From NCBI GenBank assembly GCA_950097015.1, contig CATNEN010000004.1, positions 124,001-188,000 on the forward strand: 64,000 nucleotides of DNA, written 5' to 3'. This DNA comes from Macrostomum hystrix. Its lineage: Eukaryota; Animalia; Platyhelminthes. Under the pieces are notes generated by a model that was given only the letters and a program-made list of their open reading frames with translations, made no database searches and was not told the origin of the DNA. The position numbers and the translations under genes are program-made. Shown here piece after piece: positions 32,901 through 49,230 of the stretch (the stretch's first letter is position 1; each line of letters begins with the position of its first letter).

Positions 32901-35893
32901 GAAATCCCATCTCATCAGTCACTGAAATCCCATCTCATCAGTCACTGAAATCCCTCACTTTGGCCGTCTCGCCGGACATCAGGAAAGTCTTCAGCCGCAG
33001 CAGGAAGGCAGCTCCGCCCTGAGAACTCGCTTCGTCAAAGTCGCCGCCAGTTGAAAACAGAATCCGCCTGGAGTCGCCGCCACCGCCACCACCGTTCCCG
33101 AAGGCCGGCCCATCCGGCAGTGTCACAATCTGCGGCGACAGTTGAAGAGGCCGCCTGTCAGGGACATACTGCCAGGCGGTCTCTGCTCCAGTAGCGCCAG
33201 ACACAAGCAGCAGCTCCCCCTTCGGCGGCAGGTCCTTCAATTCGGCGTCATCGAAGCCGTAGTCGGCCTCTTCGCTACCGCCGCCGCCGCCGCGGGTCTG
33301 CACAAAATCAGGAACGCCGTCGTCGTCCACATCGCCGATTGGTTGACCGGTAAAGTAGGTCTTGCGGCCGCGAGTCACTTCACTTCGCCACAGACGAGCA
33401 CCAGTGACGCCGTTGTGGGCGGACATCAGCTGAATAGAGGCGATGATGTCTGGTGATTCTCGAGGTAGGATTCTCGACAGGTTAATGAGGCGCATCACAT
33501 TTTCTAGCTAACAGTTAGCATAATAGTGTTTGCATGAAAATCTAATATAGCATAGGATATGCGACAGGGTTTCCAGGAAATTCCTGGAAGCCCAGGAGCT
33601 TTAGGGGCGCAGAAGTATGTGACTAATACTCATCAGAGAAAATGGGACCAGAGATAACTGGGTGAGTGCTAGTAGTGTATTTGATGCTCTTCGCTTGAGA
33701 CACAAAATGAGTTCGACTGTTGCCGACGACGAAAAATTAAGTGTTGAAGCCTGAGATCATCAGTCACTTTTTTGCTGTTCTATTGACTAGAACATTTATC
33801 ATTCAGTACTCGAATTGTGACCATTGAAGCAATCCCAAAACTCGAGATCGCGTTCCCAACCTAGTTAAATGGGATTCTTATCCTAGTCTACGGGGATTCT
33901 TATCCTAGTCTATAGGGATTATTATCCTAGTCTATAGGGATTCTTATCCTAGTCTACGGGGATTCTTATCCTAGTCTACGGGGATTCTTATCCTAGTCTA
34001 TAGGGATTATTATCCTAGTCTATAGGGATTCTTATCCTAGTCTATAGTGATTCTTATCCTGGTCTATAGGGATTCTTATCCTAGTCTATAGGGATTCTTA
34101 TCCTAGTCTATAGGGATTCTTATCCTAGTCTATAGGGATTCTTATCCTAGTCTACGGGGATTCTTATCCTAGTCTATAGGGATTCTTATCCTAGTCTACG
34201 GGGATTCTTATCCTAGTCTATTGGGATTCTTATCCTGGTCTACGGGGATTCTTATCCTAGTCTATTGGGATTCTTATCCTAGTCTACGGGGATTCTTATC
34301 CTAGTCTATTGGGATTCTTATCCTAGTCTACGGGGATTCTTATCCTAGTCTATAGGGATTCTTATCCTAGTCTATAGGGATTCTTATCCTAGTCTATAGG
34401 GATTCTTATCCTAGTCTATAGGGATTCTTATCCTAGTCTATAGGGATTCTTATCCTAGTCTATGGGGATTCTTATCCTGGTCTATGGGGATTCTTATCCT
34501 AGTCTATGGGGATTCTTATCCTAGTCTATAGGGATTCTTATCCTGGTCTATAGGGATTCTTATCCTAGTCTATGGGGATTCTTATCCTAGTCTAATGGGA
34601 TTCTTATCCTAGTCTAATGGGATTCTTATCCTAGTCTAATGGGATTCTTATCCTAGTCTAATGGGATTCTTATCCTAGTCTACGGGGATTCTTATCCTAG
34701 TCTATAGGGATTCTTATCCTAGTCTACGGGGATTCTTATACTAGTCTATAGGGATTCTTATCCTAGTCCTTGGGGATTCTTATCCTAGTCTAATGGGATT
34801 CTTATCCTAGTCTAATGGGATTCTTATCCTAGTCTAATGGGATTCTTATCCTAGTCTAATGGGACTCTTATCCCAGACTATTGGGACTCTCTCTCATCAG
34901 CTGACGATTCTCACCCCGCCGCGGCCGCCAACTACGCAGTCGGGCCTGCCATCCTTGTTAAGGTCGGCCTCGCAGCCGATGGCCAGCGGCCGCTGCTCCA
35001 ACCGGCTTCGCCAAACGATTCGACCCGTGGCGCCGTCCAGAGCGGCGATGCCGCCTGCGCAGGCGGACGCTGGCGTCGACTCTACCGAGCAGTCCGCGCC
35101 CATCGGTGTCAGCCTGTCCGAGTCTTAACGGGAATCGAGACAGTTGGGACATTGGAGGCATGCTTGGGTTGTATTAAAAAAATCCCATCAACGGTTCGGG
35201 TCCAGCAGCTTACCCTGACCAAAGGTGAGGATTATGTCGGGCACTCCGTCAAGATTAACGTCCAGCAGCCGAAGCGGCCCCCCGATGCCCAGCCGCGGCA
35301 GCGCCCGACGCCAGACGTTCCGCACGCTGATTCTGGAGCAGGCGGCTCCAGCAGGCAGCCGCTGCTGCTCAGCTGGTCTTGGCGGCGGCGGCTGCGGCTG
35401 CGGCGACAACTCTAGGACCTGCCGGCGCATGGCCAAGGCGGCGACGCCGGCGATAATGATGACAGCGGCGATCAGTCCAGCGGCCAAGGCTACTGTCCAA
35501 GGGCATCGCCGACGGTGACGCCGATTGCGCACTGGCGGTGGACGCCGACGTCTTCGACTGCCTCGATGACCTCCGCGTAGCTCAACAGCGTCATCCTTTT
35601 CATCGACGTCGTTGTCTTCCATGCTGTGAATCAGGCCATGGGTGGAGACCAGTGGCATCTCGTCAGTGTCGGGTGAGTCGTCGAAATTCTCATTGTCATG
35701 AGCTTCGATAACAGCCGTTGACGCCGACACTGTGGTTTCGCCATTTCCGCCAATCGGCCTGTCGCCATTGTCGGTTATGTCGATCAGGGACCCGGTGGCG
35801 GCGCCCTGCGAGACGGTCTCCTTTCCCTTCTGAATGTTTTGCGGATCAATAAAGTAAAAATACTCTGTCGCAGCCTTCCTCCATTTCCTTCAT
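26972..35893 (-). CDS. FAM234: FAM234A/B (ITFG3)-like type II membrane protein with FG-GAP-type repeats, 9 exons
   Basis: Exons (minus): start (35893 or 35658)-35214, 35123-34915, 33429-32959, 31267-30962, 30268-30097, 30025-29915, 28214-27951, 27445-27268, 27107-26972. GT-AG and phase consistent. TM helix VALAAGLIAAVIIIAGVAALAM; Ca-loop motifs DVNLDGVPD, DLNKDGRPD, DVDDDGVPD, DLDSDGRPE, YNADRVPD; C-terminal WTAYMGNRADG. Start codon uncertain. Confidence 0.8.
27527..27863. repeat. Minisatellite, 31-bp unit, about 11 copies, FAM234 intron 7
   Basis: Unit AGTGACAAGAAGTCTGGGAACTGG(AAGATAA/TAGATGG). Confidence 0.95.
28245..29882. repeat. Minisatellite, 21/23-bp unit, about 75 copies, fills FAM234 intron 6
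   Basis: Unit ACTGGAACTGAAGAC(AC)ACTCTG. Confidence 0.97.
30297..30940. repeat. Minisatellite, 23-bp unit, about 28 copies, fills FAM234 intron 4
   Basis: Unit CAGAGTGACAGTCTAGAACTAGG. Confidence 0.97.
31549..31982. repeat. Minisatellite, 36-bp unit, 12 copies, FAM234 intron 3
   Basis: Unit TAGATTAGCAATCCATTCTATTCCTGTTCTATTGGC. Confidence 0.97.
32533..32954. repeat. Minisatellite, 23-bp unit, about 18 copies, abutting the FAM234 intron 3 donor
   Basis: Unit TCAGTCACTGAAATCCCATCTCA with internal palindrome TCAGT-C-ACTGA. Confidence 0.97.
33871..34886. repeat. Minisatellite, 22-bp unit, about 46 copies, FAM234 intron 2
   Basis: Unit GGGATTCTTATCCTAGTCTATA. Confidence 0.97.
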
Positions 35894-37610
35894 AGCTTAG
35901 CTTAGCCTAGTCATAGCTAATAGAATTATGAGATAAAAGCTAATAATGCTTATTTCCATTTTTATTTTATGTTAACATGATAACCAACTAATACACGATG
36001 TCTTAAAAATAGTCAGTTATTTTTTTAAACCTTTGAACTTACACATGTTACATAACTTAACAGTAACATATTTTCTTAATATTTTCTATTAAACTATTTC
36101 ATATTATAAAAACTTATGAATTTCAAATTTCACGTTTACAAAAAAATATAATTCTTTGTTATGCATATATATATAGCTATGACCAAAAAGAATTTCATTT
36201 AAAATGATTTTATTTAAATCTTGAATATTCTAAATTAAAACCAAAGGCTATTTCCAATACTGAATAAATTGAATCTGATCAAAAATACGACTGTAATCTG
36301 CCTCATTGAATGAGAGGTTAAATACTTTTTTATCAAAGTTGTCGTCTGCTTGTTACAATTATAGTTATTTTGTCCAAAAAAACATACAATCAATGGTAGC
36401 TTTTATAAGGTACAGCTGATTTGGTTCTCCAGAACTTCCCAAGGACTGCTAAATGTTTGCTACTTGATAATGCGATTATATAATATAGATTTTTTTAAAT
36501 GGTATTATTTAATAATCCATTAAAAGTTTACTAGCAAGTTAATCTAAGAATCCTGAAATTTGAACTAAATCGTATTTATTTATCCCGCTACATTCGACTA
36601 TAAAAATCGTCAATAAACACACTTGGTTTTTTCATTTTTTATGAATGCTATTCCTAGCTGTTACAGAACTTTTGTTATTATAACATCTCTGAAATTATTA
36701 ATTAAATTTGTTTTAACTTAAATATCCTTTTCACACCGTTCGATTGGTCAATTGACCGATCGATCGCGTCAACTTAACTAATGTAACATCGTTTCTAGTA
36801 TTCTAAGTGATCATATGACATGAAAATTTATATATTACGAATTACGTGTTCTTGTTCCTGCATCAGAGTTTCATTTTCATCAAGGAATTATAATTTTCAG
36901 TCTGTCATATTTTCTCGAACCATATTTTGTATTAAATTTACGCAAAAATACATATTAAAACCGAAATATTACCTTGAATTTTTTGATTCAGTCATATCGC
37001 TATTAAAGGTAGTCAAGAGAATATCAGAATATCAATGATATATTCTAATGCTCTGTATACTCATTAAACAGTTTGATTTCAATAACTATGAGTACAAAAC
37101 TAGAACAAGTAATACTATGCATGGGTAATTGTTGCATCTTTGCTTACTTTCACTCAAGATTTTTATCATTCATTCGATCTTAAATTTAACAGAATCCCAA
37201 TCGGTGTCTAGCCAATCAGGAATGACGCTGCGCAAAAAAAATTATGTGAGAAAGGCATCACAACACATGGTGCATATCACATCGACCAGAAAGCCACTGA
37301 CAGACAGCTGATTGACTTCCATTGCCGGCAAACAAGAAGAAGCTATTTGGCTGAGGGAATCGGCTTGCCTAAGCCTGACTTGATTTGATGAAAGATTCTC
37401 TGCTCTAAATCGCATCCTTATTTCAAAGTGTGTGCTTGAAAAAATTGCTCCACATGCATGAGTTGGAGATTTAAACGGTGATTTTGTCTCGCTTCTTCTG
37501 GTGGAGTGACTAATCTAGCGAGGCCTACTTTCTCTTGTTAGCAAACAAAGGCTGCATTACTATTTTTTTTTGGTTCGATTCCGTTTTAATGAGTTTCGCT
37601 ATAATTGGTA

Positions 37611-37870
37611 GGTTGTAGCCCTAGTGGTTAGAGCGTAGGACTCATGACTTGAAGGTCGGGGGTTCGATTCCCGACTCCACTGGAACTATTTGTGTCCTTT
37701 AGCAAGGCACTTATGTCTGCATGGCTTCATTTCACCCAGCTGGTAATGTACCAGCATCAGCTGGGGTAACTGAGGGTGGGTCTGTATGCGTCCCCCCAGT
37801 CCATGGACTGAACAGTTGTATGCATGCAGCCTTCAGATGCGCTGTGCAATAGCTGCGGTTGTGCATTACA
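37611..37870 (+). mobile_element. tRNA-derived SINE family A, 3'-truncated copy
   Basis: GGTTGTAGCCCTAGTGGTTAGAGCG (A box), GGTTCGATTCC (B box), core TGTGTCCTTTAGCAAGGCACTT..CACCCAGCTG, body CCCCCAGTCCATGGACTGAACAG..GCAGCCTTCAGATG shared with the 53968 copy. Confidence 0.88.
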
Positions 37871-38659
37871 GTTTGTTTAGTGGAGGCTACTACAGATTTT
37901 TAAGAGGCTGTTTAGCATAGGCTTTTTAGCTTGCTACTAATGCTACTAAGCTACCATTTTTACCCATTTTAGAACTGCAATCAGTTTTACTGAGAATTAC
38001 AACTTTTTAATGTGAACTTGTATTCTACTATAAGTAGACAACGTAAGTTTTTACGAGGAATTTTGAGCTGAGTGGGTGAATACATTGCTGACTAAAAGTT
38101 ACTAACAACGCATAACCGTAGGCCGCGTCCAGAAATCTATTTTTTCTAGAGAGTGGTATAAGAGAGAGGCGGTGTTGCAGTGACGCAATTTTGTTTGACA
38201 AGTTGGGGGAAAACTAACAGAACATAAGAGTGCGGGATTCGAGGGATTTCAATTTTTAATCCCAATTGATTGTAGAATCTCGCACATACGCTCGCAGAAA
38301 GTGAAGTCACCATCAACTTACTGTAAGCAAATCTATCTGTGCTCTGTCTTTGAGCTTATCATTTCTGTTAACAATAGAGAAAACATAGAAATAGTACACA
38401 TGTACACTGTATCTAAGTGTGTCTAACTGTCCTCAGCAACCAGCAAACCCAGTCCAACCTCATGCTTACCGCTTGCTGCGTGCACGGCTTATCAGACCAG
38501 ATAGCGAATATAAGATTTATAGATCGAGTATGAAGCATTGCAGTGACTGCCGCCTGTTCTCCAGATATTATAGACACGCCCAAGAGAAGACAGCCCCCCC
38601 TCATTTTCTGTCTAGCTTTAGTTGACTTTAGTTGACGGTCAGTCCAACAAAATCAAAGC

Positions 38660-41495
<2,836 letters not shown>

Positions 41496-41579
41496 CCGGT
41501 TTATGAAAAAACCTTAAGGACCTTTTGTACTTTAGAGCAGACTTTTAGAGTAATCTTCTAGAGAGAACTCATTGATCAA

Positions 41580-41850
41580 CATCTGAGAGTGACCTTTAGT
41601 GACCTTTAGTGACCTTTTTGTACTTTAGAGCGGACTTTTAGAGTGACATCTGAAAGTGACATTTAGAGTGACATCTGAGAGTGACCTTCAGAGTGACATC
41701 TGAGGGTGACCTTCAGAGCGACATCTGAGAGTGACTTCAGAGAGTGACATCTGAGAGTGACCTTCAGAGTGACATCTGAGAGTGACTTCAGAGAGTGACA
41801 TCTGAGAGTGACCTTCAGACTGACATCTGAGAGTGACTTCAGAGAGTGAC
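41580..41850. repeat. Tandem repeat of about 25 bp just 3' of tubulin
   Basis: Unit approximately CAGAGTGACATCTGAGAGTGACCTT. Confidence 0.85.
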
Positions 41851-42229
41851 AATTAGTTAGCATCAAAGAATGGCCTTTACTCTCGTGAAGAAATCTATTT
41901 GTGTGTACTTGCTGAATGAAAAGTTTCTGATGTGCTTATTTTGAAACGATTGTTTTCTATTCCGAGACCAAACTTATAAGGTGTCTCAGGCACTCACTTA
42001 TTCAATGCCATGAATTTTTAATTAAAAACACAGAATAACGATTCGAAATTCGAGTACATACAGTGTACTTTTTTATAAGAGGTACTCTTTATCACTGAAT
42101 TTCAAGCTGACTAATTTTATTTAAACTAAATACTATTACGCTAGAAATCACAATATGCTACTCACAGTAGGCAGACTGGCCCTCTTTAGCGAAAATTACA
42201 CAAAATTATCCATAATACTTTTGATGAGA

Positions 42230-43215
42230 TCCTCACCCTTACTTCAGCTTGATCCTCACCTTCAGTGTGATCCTCACCTGCAGTGTGATCCTCACCTTCA
42301 GTGTGATCCTCACCCATACTTCAGCTTGATCCTCACCTTCAGTGTGATCCTCACTCCACCTTCAGTGTGATCCTCACTCCACCTTCAGTGTGATCCTCAC
42401 TCTACCTTCAGTGTGATCCTCACTCTACCTTCAGTGTGATCCTCACTCTACCTTCAGTGTGATCCTCACTCTACCTTCAGTGCGATCCTCACTCTACCTT
42501 CAGTGTGATCCTCACTCTACCTTCAGTGTGATCCTCACTCTACCTTCAGTGTGATCCTCACTCTACCTTCAGTGTGATTCTCACTCTACCTTCAGTGTGA
42601 TTCTCACTCTACCTTCAGTGTGATCCTCACTCAACCTTCAGTGTGATCCTCACTCTACCTTCAGTGCGATCCTCACTCTACCTTCAGTGTGATCCTCACT
42701 CTACCTTCAGTGTGATCCTCACTCTACCTTCAGTGCGATCCTCACTCTACCTTCAGTGTGATTCTCACTCTACCTTCAGTGTGATTCTCACTCTACCTTC
42801 AGTGTGATCCTCACTCTACCTTCAGTGTGATCCTCACTCTACCTTCAGTGTGATCCTCACTCTACCTTCAGTGTGATCCTCACTCTACCTTCAGTGTGAT
42901 CCTCACTCTACCTTCAGTGTGATCCTCACTCCACCTTCAGTGTGATCCTCACTCTACCTTCAGTGTGATCCTCACTCTACCTTCAGTGTGATCCTCACTC
43001 CACCTTCAGTGTGATCCTCACTCTACCTTCAGTGTGATCCTCACTCCACCTTCAGTGTGATCCTCACTCTACCTTCAGTGTGATCCTCACTCCACCTTCA
43101 GTGTGATCCTCACTCTACCTTCAGTGTGATCCTCACTCTACCTTCAGTGTGATCCTCGCCTGCAGTTTGATCTTCACTCTACCTTCAGTGTGATCCTCGC
43201 CTGCAGTTTGATCTT
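42230..43215. repeat. Minisatellite, 23-bp unit, about 40 copies
   Basis: Unit CCTTCAGTGTGATCCTCACTCTA; an 18-bp precursor-like unit CCTTCAGTGTGATCCTCA at the left edge. Confidence 0.96.
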
Positions 43216-43794
43216 CACCCCACCCTACCTATTGCGGTTGACCTTACAACCTTATAAAGCTAGTCTCGAAGAAAATTGAGTCTTCAAAGTACACAGCGTT
43301 ATAAGGACTTGTCTTCCTAAAGCACAGAGACATATTTTTAGTAAATGAAACTTTAACGTGTACTAAATAAGGCGTTGTCCTATAGATGATTAGAGTGCTT
43401 CCGAGAGTGATTGAGAAGCTCAGCTCAGGGCTGTCTGGTTACAGAAGTGCGTGCTCTGATTAGTGTGAGCTGTGCCGCACTGGCCCTTTTAACTCCTCTG
43501 CTATACTCACCATATCATTCCATTTCGGCCCTCCTCAGAACGCCCTGTCACGTAGCGAAAGCGTGCTCCCACACTCGGATGGACTTTAATTAAAGCCTCA
43601 AAGAGGTAAACCCTGGCACTTGCTGCTCTCCAAATTAAAACTTGTATTTTCCTCCTAATCCAACCTAAAGCAGCAGCAAAGGTCAAGCATGACCTATTAT
43701 TGCTCCTGAGTCACTATAATGCTCATATAAAAAATCTATATACCTGCTCTAATTCAATCCCTAAATACCCCAAAGCTACTCTTATCCTACACGA

Positions 43795-46020
43795 TTCTAC
43801 AGCCTAATCTACTCACTGGTCCTACAGCCTAATCTACTCACTGGTCCTGCAGCCTAATCTACTCACTGGTCCTGCAGCCTAATCTACTCACTGGTCCTGC
43901 AGCCTAATCTACTCCCTGGTCCTGCAGCCTAATCTACTCCCTGGTCCTGCAGCCTAATCTACTCACTGGTCCTGCAGCCTAATCTACTCACTGGCTGGTC
44001 CTGTAGCCTAATCTACTCACTGGCTGGTCCTGTAGCCTAATCTACTCTCTGGCTGGTCCTACAGCATAAAATACTCGCTTGTCCTAAATCCACTGCCTTC
44101 TATGAACGCGTCACGAATTAAAATGGGATCACGCCGAGTTAGGGAAAAAGCTTTTAGAAATTGCTAATGACAGTTTCTATCGGAGGGATAAGTGTGTTAG
44201 CAGCAAAGGCCTTTGTTTTGGGAGAATGTGTAGGCTTTTAGCGACAATAGGCTGACGTATTGGTACATGTGCGAGTACAGGTTGGTTCAATGTTTCAGTT
44301 CTGACGCATTCCCGATGATGTTAGTCGCAATTTTATGTCGCCCAATCAGCCAGCTGCAGCAGCTGCTCCATGCCTACTCATTCTTTAATTGTTTCAATGC
44401 AATCTCGTCTTCAATTTCAATTATGTTTCTGGTCCTAAATCTACCCACTCGTCCTACAGCTCACTCTACTCTTGGGTCTTACTGTCTTATATACTCTCTG
44501 ATCATACAGCTTAACTATTCAATGGTCCAACAGTTAATCTAATTTAGTAATATACTCCCTGGTCCTACCGCCTAATCTACTCCCTGGACCTACAGCCTAA
44601 TCTACCCTGGTCCTACAGCCTAACCTACTCCCTGGTCCTACAGCCTAATCTACCCTGGTCCTACAGCCTAACCTACTCCCTCCCTGGTCCTACAGCCTAA
44701 TCTACTCCCTGGTCCTACAGCCTAATCTACCCTGGTCCTACAGCCTAACCTACTCCCTCCCTGGTCCTACAGCCTAATCTACTCCCTGGTCCTACAGCCT
44801 AATCTACGCTGGTCCTACAGCCCAACCTACTCCCTGGTCCTACAGCCTAATCTACTCCCTGGTCCTACAGCCTAACCTACTCCCTGGTCCTACAGCCTAA
44901 TCTACCCTGGTCCTACAGCCTAACCTACTCCCTTCCTGGTCCTACAGCCTAATCTACTCCCTGGTCCTACAGCCTAATCTACGCTGGTCCTACAGCCCAA
45001 CCTACTCCCTGGTCCTACAGCCTAATCTACTCCCTGGTCCTACAGCCTAACCTACTCCCTGGTCCTACAGCCTAATCTACTCCCTGGTCCTACAGCCTAA
45101 TCTACTCCCTGGTCCTACAGCCTAATCTACTCCCTGGTCCTACAGCCTAATCTACTCCCTGGTCCTACAGCCTAATCTACTCCCTGGTCCTACAGCCTAA
45201 TCTACTCCCTGGTCCTACAGCCTAACCTACTCCCTGGTCCTACAGCCTAATCTACTCACTGGTCCTACAGCCTAACCTACTCCCTGGTCCTACAGCCTAA
45301 TCTACCCTGGACCTACAGCCTAACCTACTCCCTGGTCCTACAGCCTAATCTACCCTGGTCCTAAGCCTAATCTACTCCCTGGTCCTACAGCCTAATCTAC
45401 TCCCTGGTCCTACAGCCTAACCTACTCCCTGGTCCTACAGCCTAATCTACTCACTGGTCCTACAGCCTAATCTACTCCCTGGTCCTACAGCCTAATCTAC
45501 TCCCTGGTCCTACAGCCTAACCTACTCCCTGGTCCTACAGCCTAATCTACCCTGGACCTACAGCCTAACCTACTCCCTGGTCCTACAGCCTAATCTACTC
45601 CCTGGTCCTACAGCCTAACCTACTCCCTGGTCCTACAGCCTAATCTACCCTGGACCTACAGCCTAACCTACTCCCTGGTCCTACAGCCTAATCTACCCTG
45701 GACCTACAGCCTAACCTACTCCCTGGTCCTACAGCCTAATCTACCCTGGACCTACAGCCTAACCTACTCCCTGGTCCTACAGCCTAATCTACCCTGGTCC
45801 TACAGCCTAATCTACTCCCTGGTCCTACAGCCTAATCTAATCCCTGGTCCTACAGCCTAATCTACCCTGGTCCTACAGCCTAACCTACTCCCTGGTCCTA
45901 CAGCCTAACCTACTCCCTGGTCCTACAGCCTGCAGCCTAATCCTAAAACTAAAATCCTAAAAAGTACAGCCTAATCTACCCTGGTCCTAAAGCCTAATCT
46001 ACCCTGGTCCCAGAGCCTAA
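43795..46020. repeat. Two blocks (43795-44065, 44555-46020) of a 25/22-bp minisatellite
   Basis: Unit CAGCCTAATCTAC(TC)CCTGGTCCTA; blocks separated by about 500 bp of non-repeat sequence. Confidence 0.95.
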
Positions 46021-46611
46021 TCTATGGTCCAGTGGTCCATTTGGCCATCTTAACTCCCATCTTGAAGCCGAAATTCCCTATGCTTTGACCTGAAAATATA
46101 AAACTGTCAATAAAAGGTAATTTGTCACAAATAAATGGCTTTACTAAGGATCCTATTGTTCCATTGTTCCATTTGTCACCATTATAATCACTTCTCGTAT
46201 TTTCGCTTCATCAGTGTTCATAGTACCTTACAAGAGCTTTGAAAATGCTACACTTAAAAGAAAGAATCTGTTTTAAAAGACATTACCCTAGTATCGAAGC
46301 AATGGGTGATGCAGTACCTTATCAATAACTGATTGGAGCGACTAAGATCTCCGGAAGCCTAACAGAACTAGTCCCATTCCGTGCTTTCTGTACAAAAGAG
46401 ATTAGAAGCCTTTTACAGTTTGAAATGCCTGTTGCTGAAATTGCATCTGTGAACGCTTTGAGTGCACAAATGGTTGCGAGACACTAAGGACCAGGTGTTT
46501 AACAATCACGGTGATTTGCGTCACGATTCACTTGCTTGTAGGATTTCAAATGTGCACTTAAAGGGCTGAGCAGAGCCCGATAAAAACAATGCGGGCGTTT
46601 GAGTCGATAGA

Positions 46612-47140
46612 AAGGTATTTGAGTCATTAGAGAAATATTTGAGTCGTTAGAAAGGTATTTGAGTCATTAGAGAAATATTTGAGGCGTTAGAAAGGTATTT
46701 GAGTCATTAGAGAAATATTTGAGTCGTTAGAAAGGTATTTGAGTCATTAGAGAAATATTTGAGCCGTTAGAAAGGTATTTGAGTCATTAGAGAAATATTT
46801 GAGTCGTTAGAAAGGCATTTGAGTAATTAGAGAGGCATTTGAGTAATTAGAGAGGCATTTGAGTAATTAGAGAGGCATTTGAGTCATTAGAGAGGCATTT
46901 GAGTCATTAGAGAGGCATTTGAGTCAATAGAGAGGCATTTGAGTCATTAGAGAGGCATTTGAGTCATTAGAGAGGCATTTGAGTCATTAGAGAGGCATTT
47001 GAGTCATTATAGAGGCATTTGAGTCATTAGAGAGGCATTTGAGTCATTATAGAGGCATTTGAGTCATTAGAGAGGCATTTGAGTCATTAGAGAGGCATTT
47101 GAGTCAATAGAGAGGCATTTGAGTCATTAGAGAGGCATCT
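46612..47140. repeat. Minisatellite, 20-bp unit, 26 copies; left half is a 40-bp dimer
   Basis: Unit GAGTCATTAGAGAGGCATTT; alternating GAGTCATTAGAGAAATATTT and GAGTCGTTAGAAAGGTATTT at 46620-46800. Confidence 0.96.
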
Positions 47141-47859
47141 GAAATGAGTCTATAACGGAAATATTTACAATGGCATCAATAACTTGCTTGTCAGAAAAAT
47201 GTAAAAGCTTTTGAAATACTTACTACAAATTCGTAAATTATTATCTGTTTTAATAGTATTGGGATTCAGGTTTAGAGGTTAGAGGACTGGAGGCTAGAGG
47301 ACCCGGTTAAAAGATAAATAGCTGCTGTCACAGAATAAAGTAAAGTAATAATAGAACAAAGACCGATTTCATTTGTCCGAATTATTAGTAGTGCAGACAA
47401 AACTATTAAATAAATAGTTCTTCTCTTGTTTTTTAAAACTTAACTGCAAGTTTACCAAGCAAAGAACTCGGAACAGATAAAAGAAAATTTAATTCTTTCA
47501 ATCTACCAAAAACTAGCAAATGAAAAAATCTTTTTGAGTACAATATATACTCGTACTAATAGTAAAATAGATCAACAATATGTTTCTCTAATTGTTCACA
47601 GACGCTCGCCAGAGTGGTATGGAAGTGACGCAACTCTATGAAAATAACTTTCGTTTCCTTGCCGATTCCTAATGAAAAATAGAATACTATCTTTACTAAA
47701 ACATCTAATAAAAAGACAAAATATATTTTCTTTGTTTCGTTAAAATGAACACAGGCTCGCTCGCTCGAATCCTAGGTTAGGAAAAACAGAAGAGCGAAAA
47801 ATGTATAATAACTTGCCACCTGTATATAGCTGTCTTGTCTAATAGGGATTAGTGATTAC

Positions 47860-48200
47860 AGTTGTGGGGATTACGAATCTGGGAAACAGGGATGAATTGG
47901 GATATTTATATTTGGGGATTTAAGGGATTCGGGATGGGAGATAATGAAAATTAAGCATTAGGGATTAGGAGCAGATGACTATGGATTTGGGATTAAGGGT
48001 GGAGGATTAGGAATTAGGGATTGGGAATTAGGAGTAAAGGATTGGGGATTTAGGATTGGGGGTTGAGGCTTAGGGATTTGGGATTTGGGGTAGAGGATTA
48101 GGGATTCAGGATTATGGGTAGAGGATTGGGGATTTGGGATTAAGGATAGAGGCTAAGGTATTTGGGATTTGGGGTAGAATATTGGGGAATAGAGTTTGGA
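47860..48200. repeat. Degenerate G-rich GGGATT/TTAGGGA low-complexity tract
   Basis: Many GGGATT, TTAGGGA and TTGGGA motifs without a fixed period. Confidence 0.8.
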
Positions 48201-48689
48201 TTGGATATTTTTTAATGGAACTGGACGCACTAACCTAGTTTCGATGATAAGGATATTAAATATTACTTTCTAAGGGCAACAGTACAAAGCAAGAAACAGT
48301 TCTTTGGGTACACTGTTATTAAAGGCGCAGAGGAAAGCACAGATCCTAATGATCATTTGATAGATTCGCAAATAAAGCAGGCGTTGATAAGCGAAAAAAG
48401 CCAGAATTAAGCTAAATCTAAAGAGGCAGATGTGTAAATGGCAATCGATTAACGGAGACAGTAATGCGCATGGATTACACTGACAGACGGAGACAGAGAG
48501 GGGGATAGGAGAGGCCCGACGAGGCCCTGGCTGGACTGGAAAGGGCAGCCTGACAAGGTTGGATCAGACAAGTAGCCGATATGTACCGAAACAACTGTAA
48601 CTTTATTATTCTCTCAAAGTTAAGAGACCCATATCTTTTTGTGAAAAAAGAGCCAAAATTGATAACAAAAGATCCAATGCTTTAAGGAG

Positions 48690-49199
48690 AGTGAGACAGG
48701 GAGGAGACAGACAGAAGGAGACAGACAGGGAGGAGACAGACAGAAGGAGACAGACAGGGAGGAGACAGACAGAAGGAGACAGACAGGGAGGAGACAGACA
48801 GAAGGAGACAGACAGACAGACAGACAGACAGAAGGAGACAGACAGACAGACAGACAGACAGAAGGAGACAGACAGACAGAAAGAGACAAACAGAAGGAGA
48901 CAGACAGAAGGAGACAGACAGACAGACAGACAGAAAGAGACAAACAGAAAGAGACAGACAGAAGGAGACAAACAGAAGGAGACAGACAGAAGGAGACAGA
49001 CAGACAGACAGACAGAAAGAGACAAACAGAAAGAGACAGACAGAAGGAGACAGACAGACAGACAGACAGACAGAAGGAGACAGACAGACAGACAGACAGA
49101 CAGAAGGAGACAGACAGACAGAAAGAGACAAACAGAAGGAGACAGACAGAAGGAGACAGACAGACAGACAGAGACAAACAGAAGGAGACAGACAGAAGG

Positions 49200-49230
<31 letters not shown>

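Noticed and set aside
37611-37685. SINE heads (also 53968, 18437, 6790) as functional tRNA genes
   Set aside because: Anticodon and acceptor stems are mispaired and each head continues into a SINE-type body.
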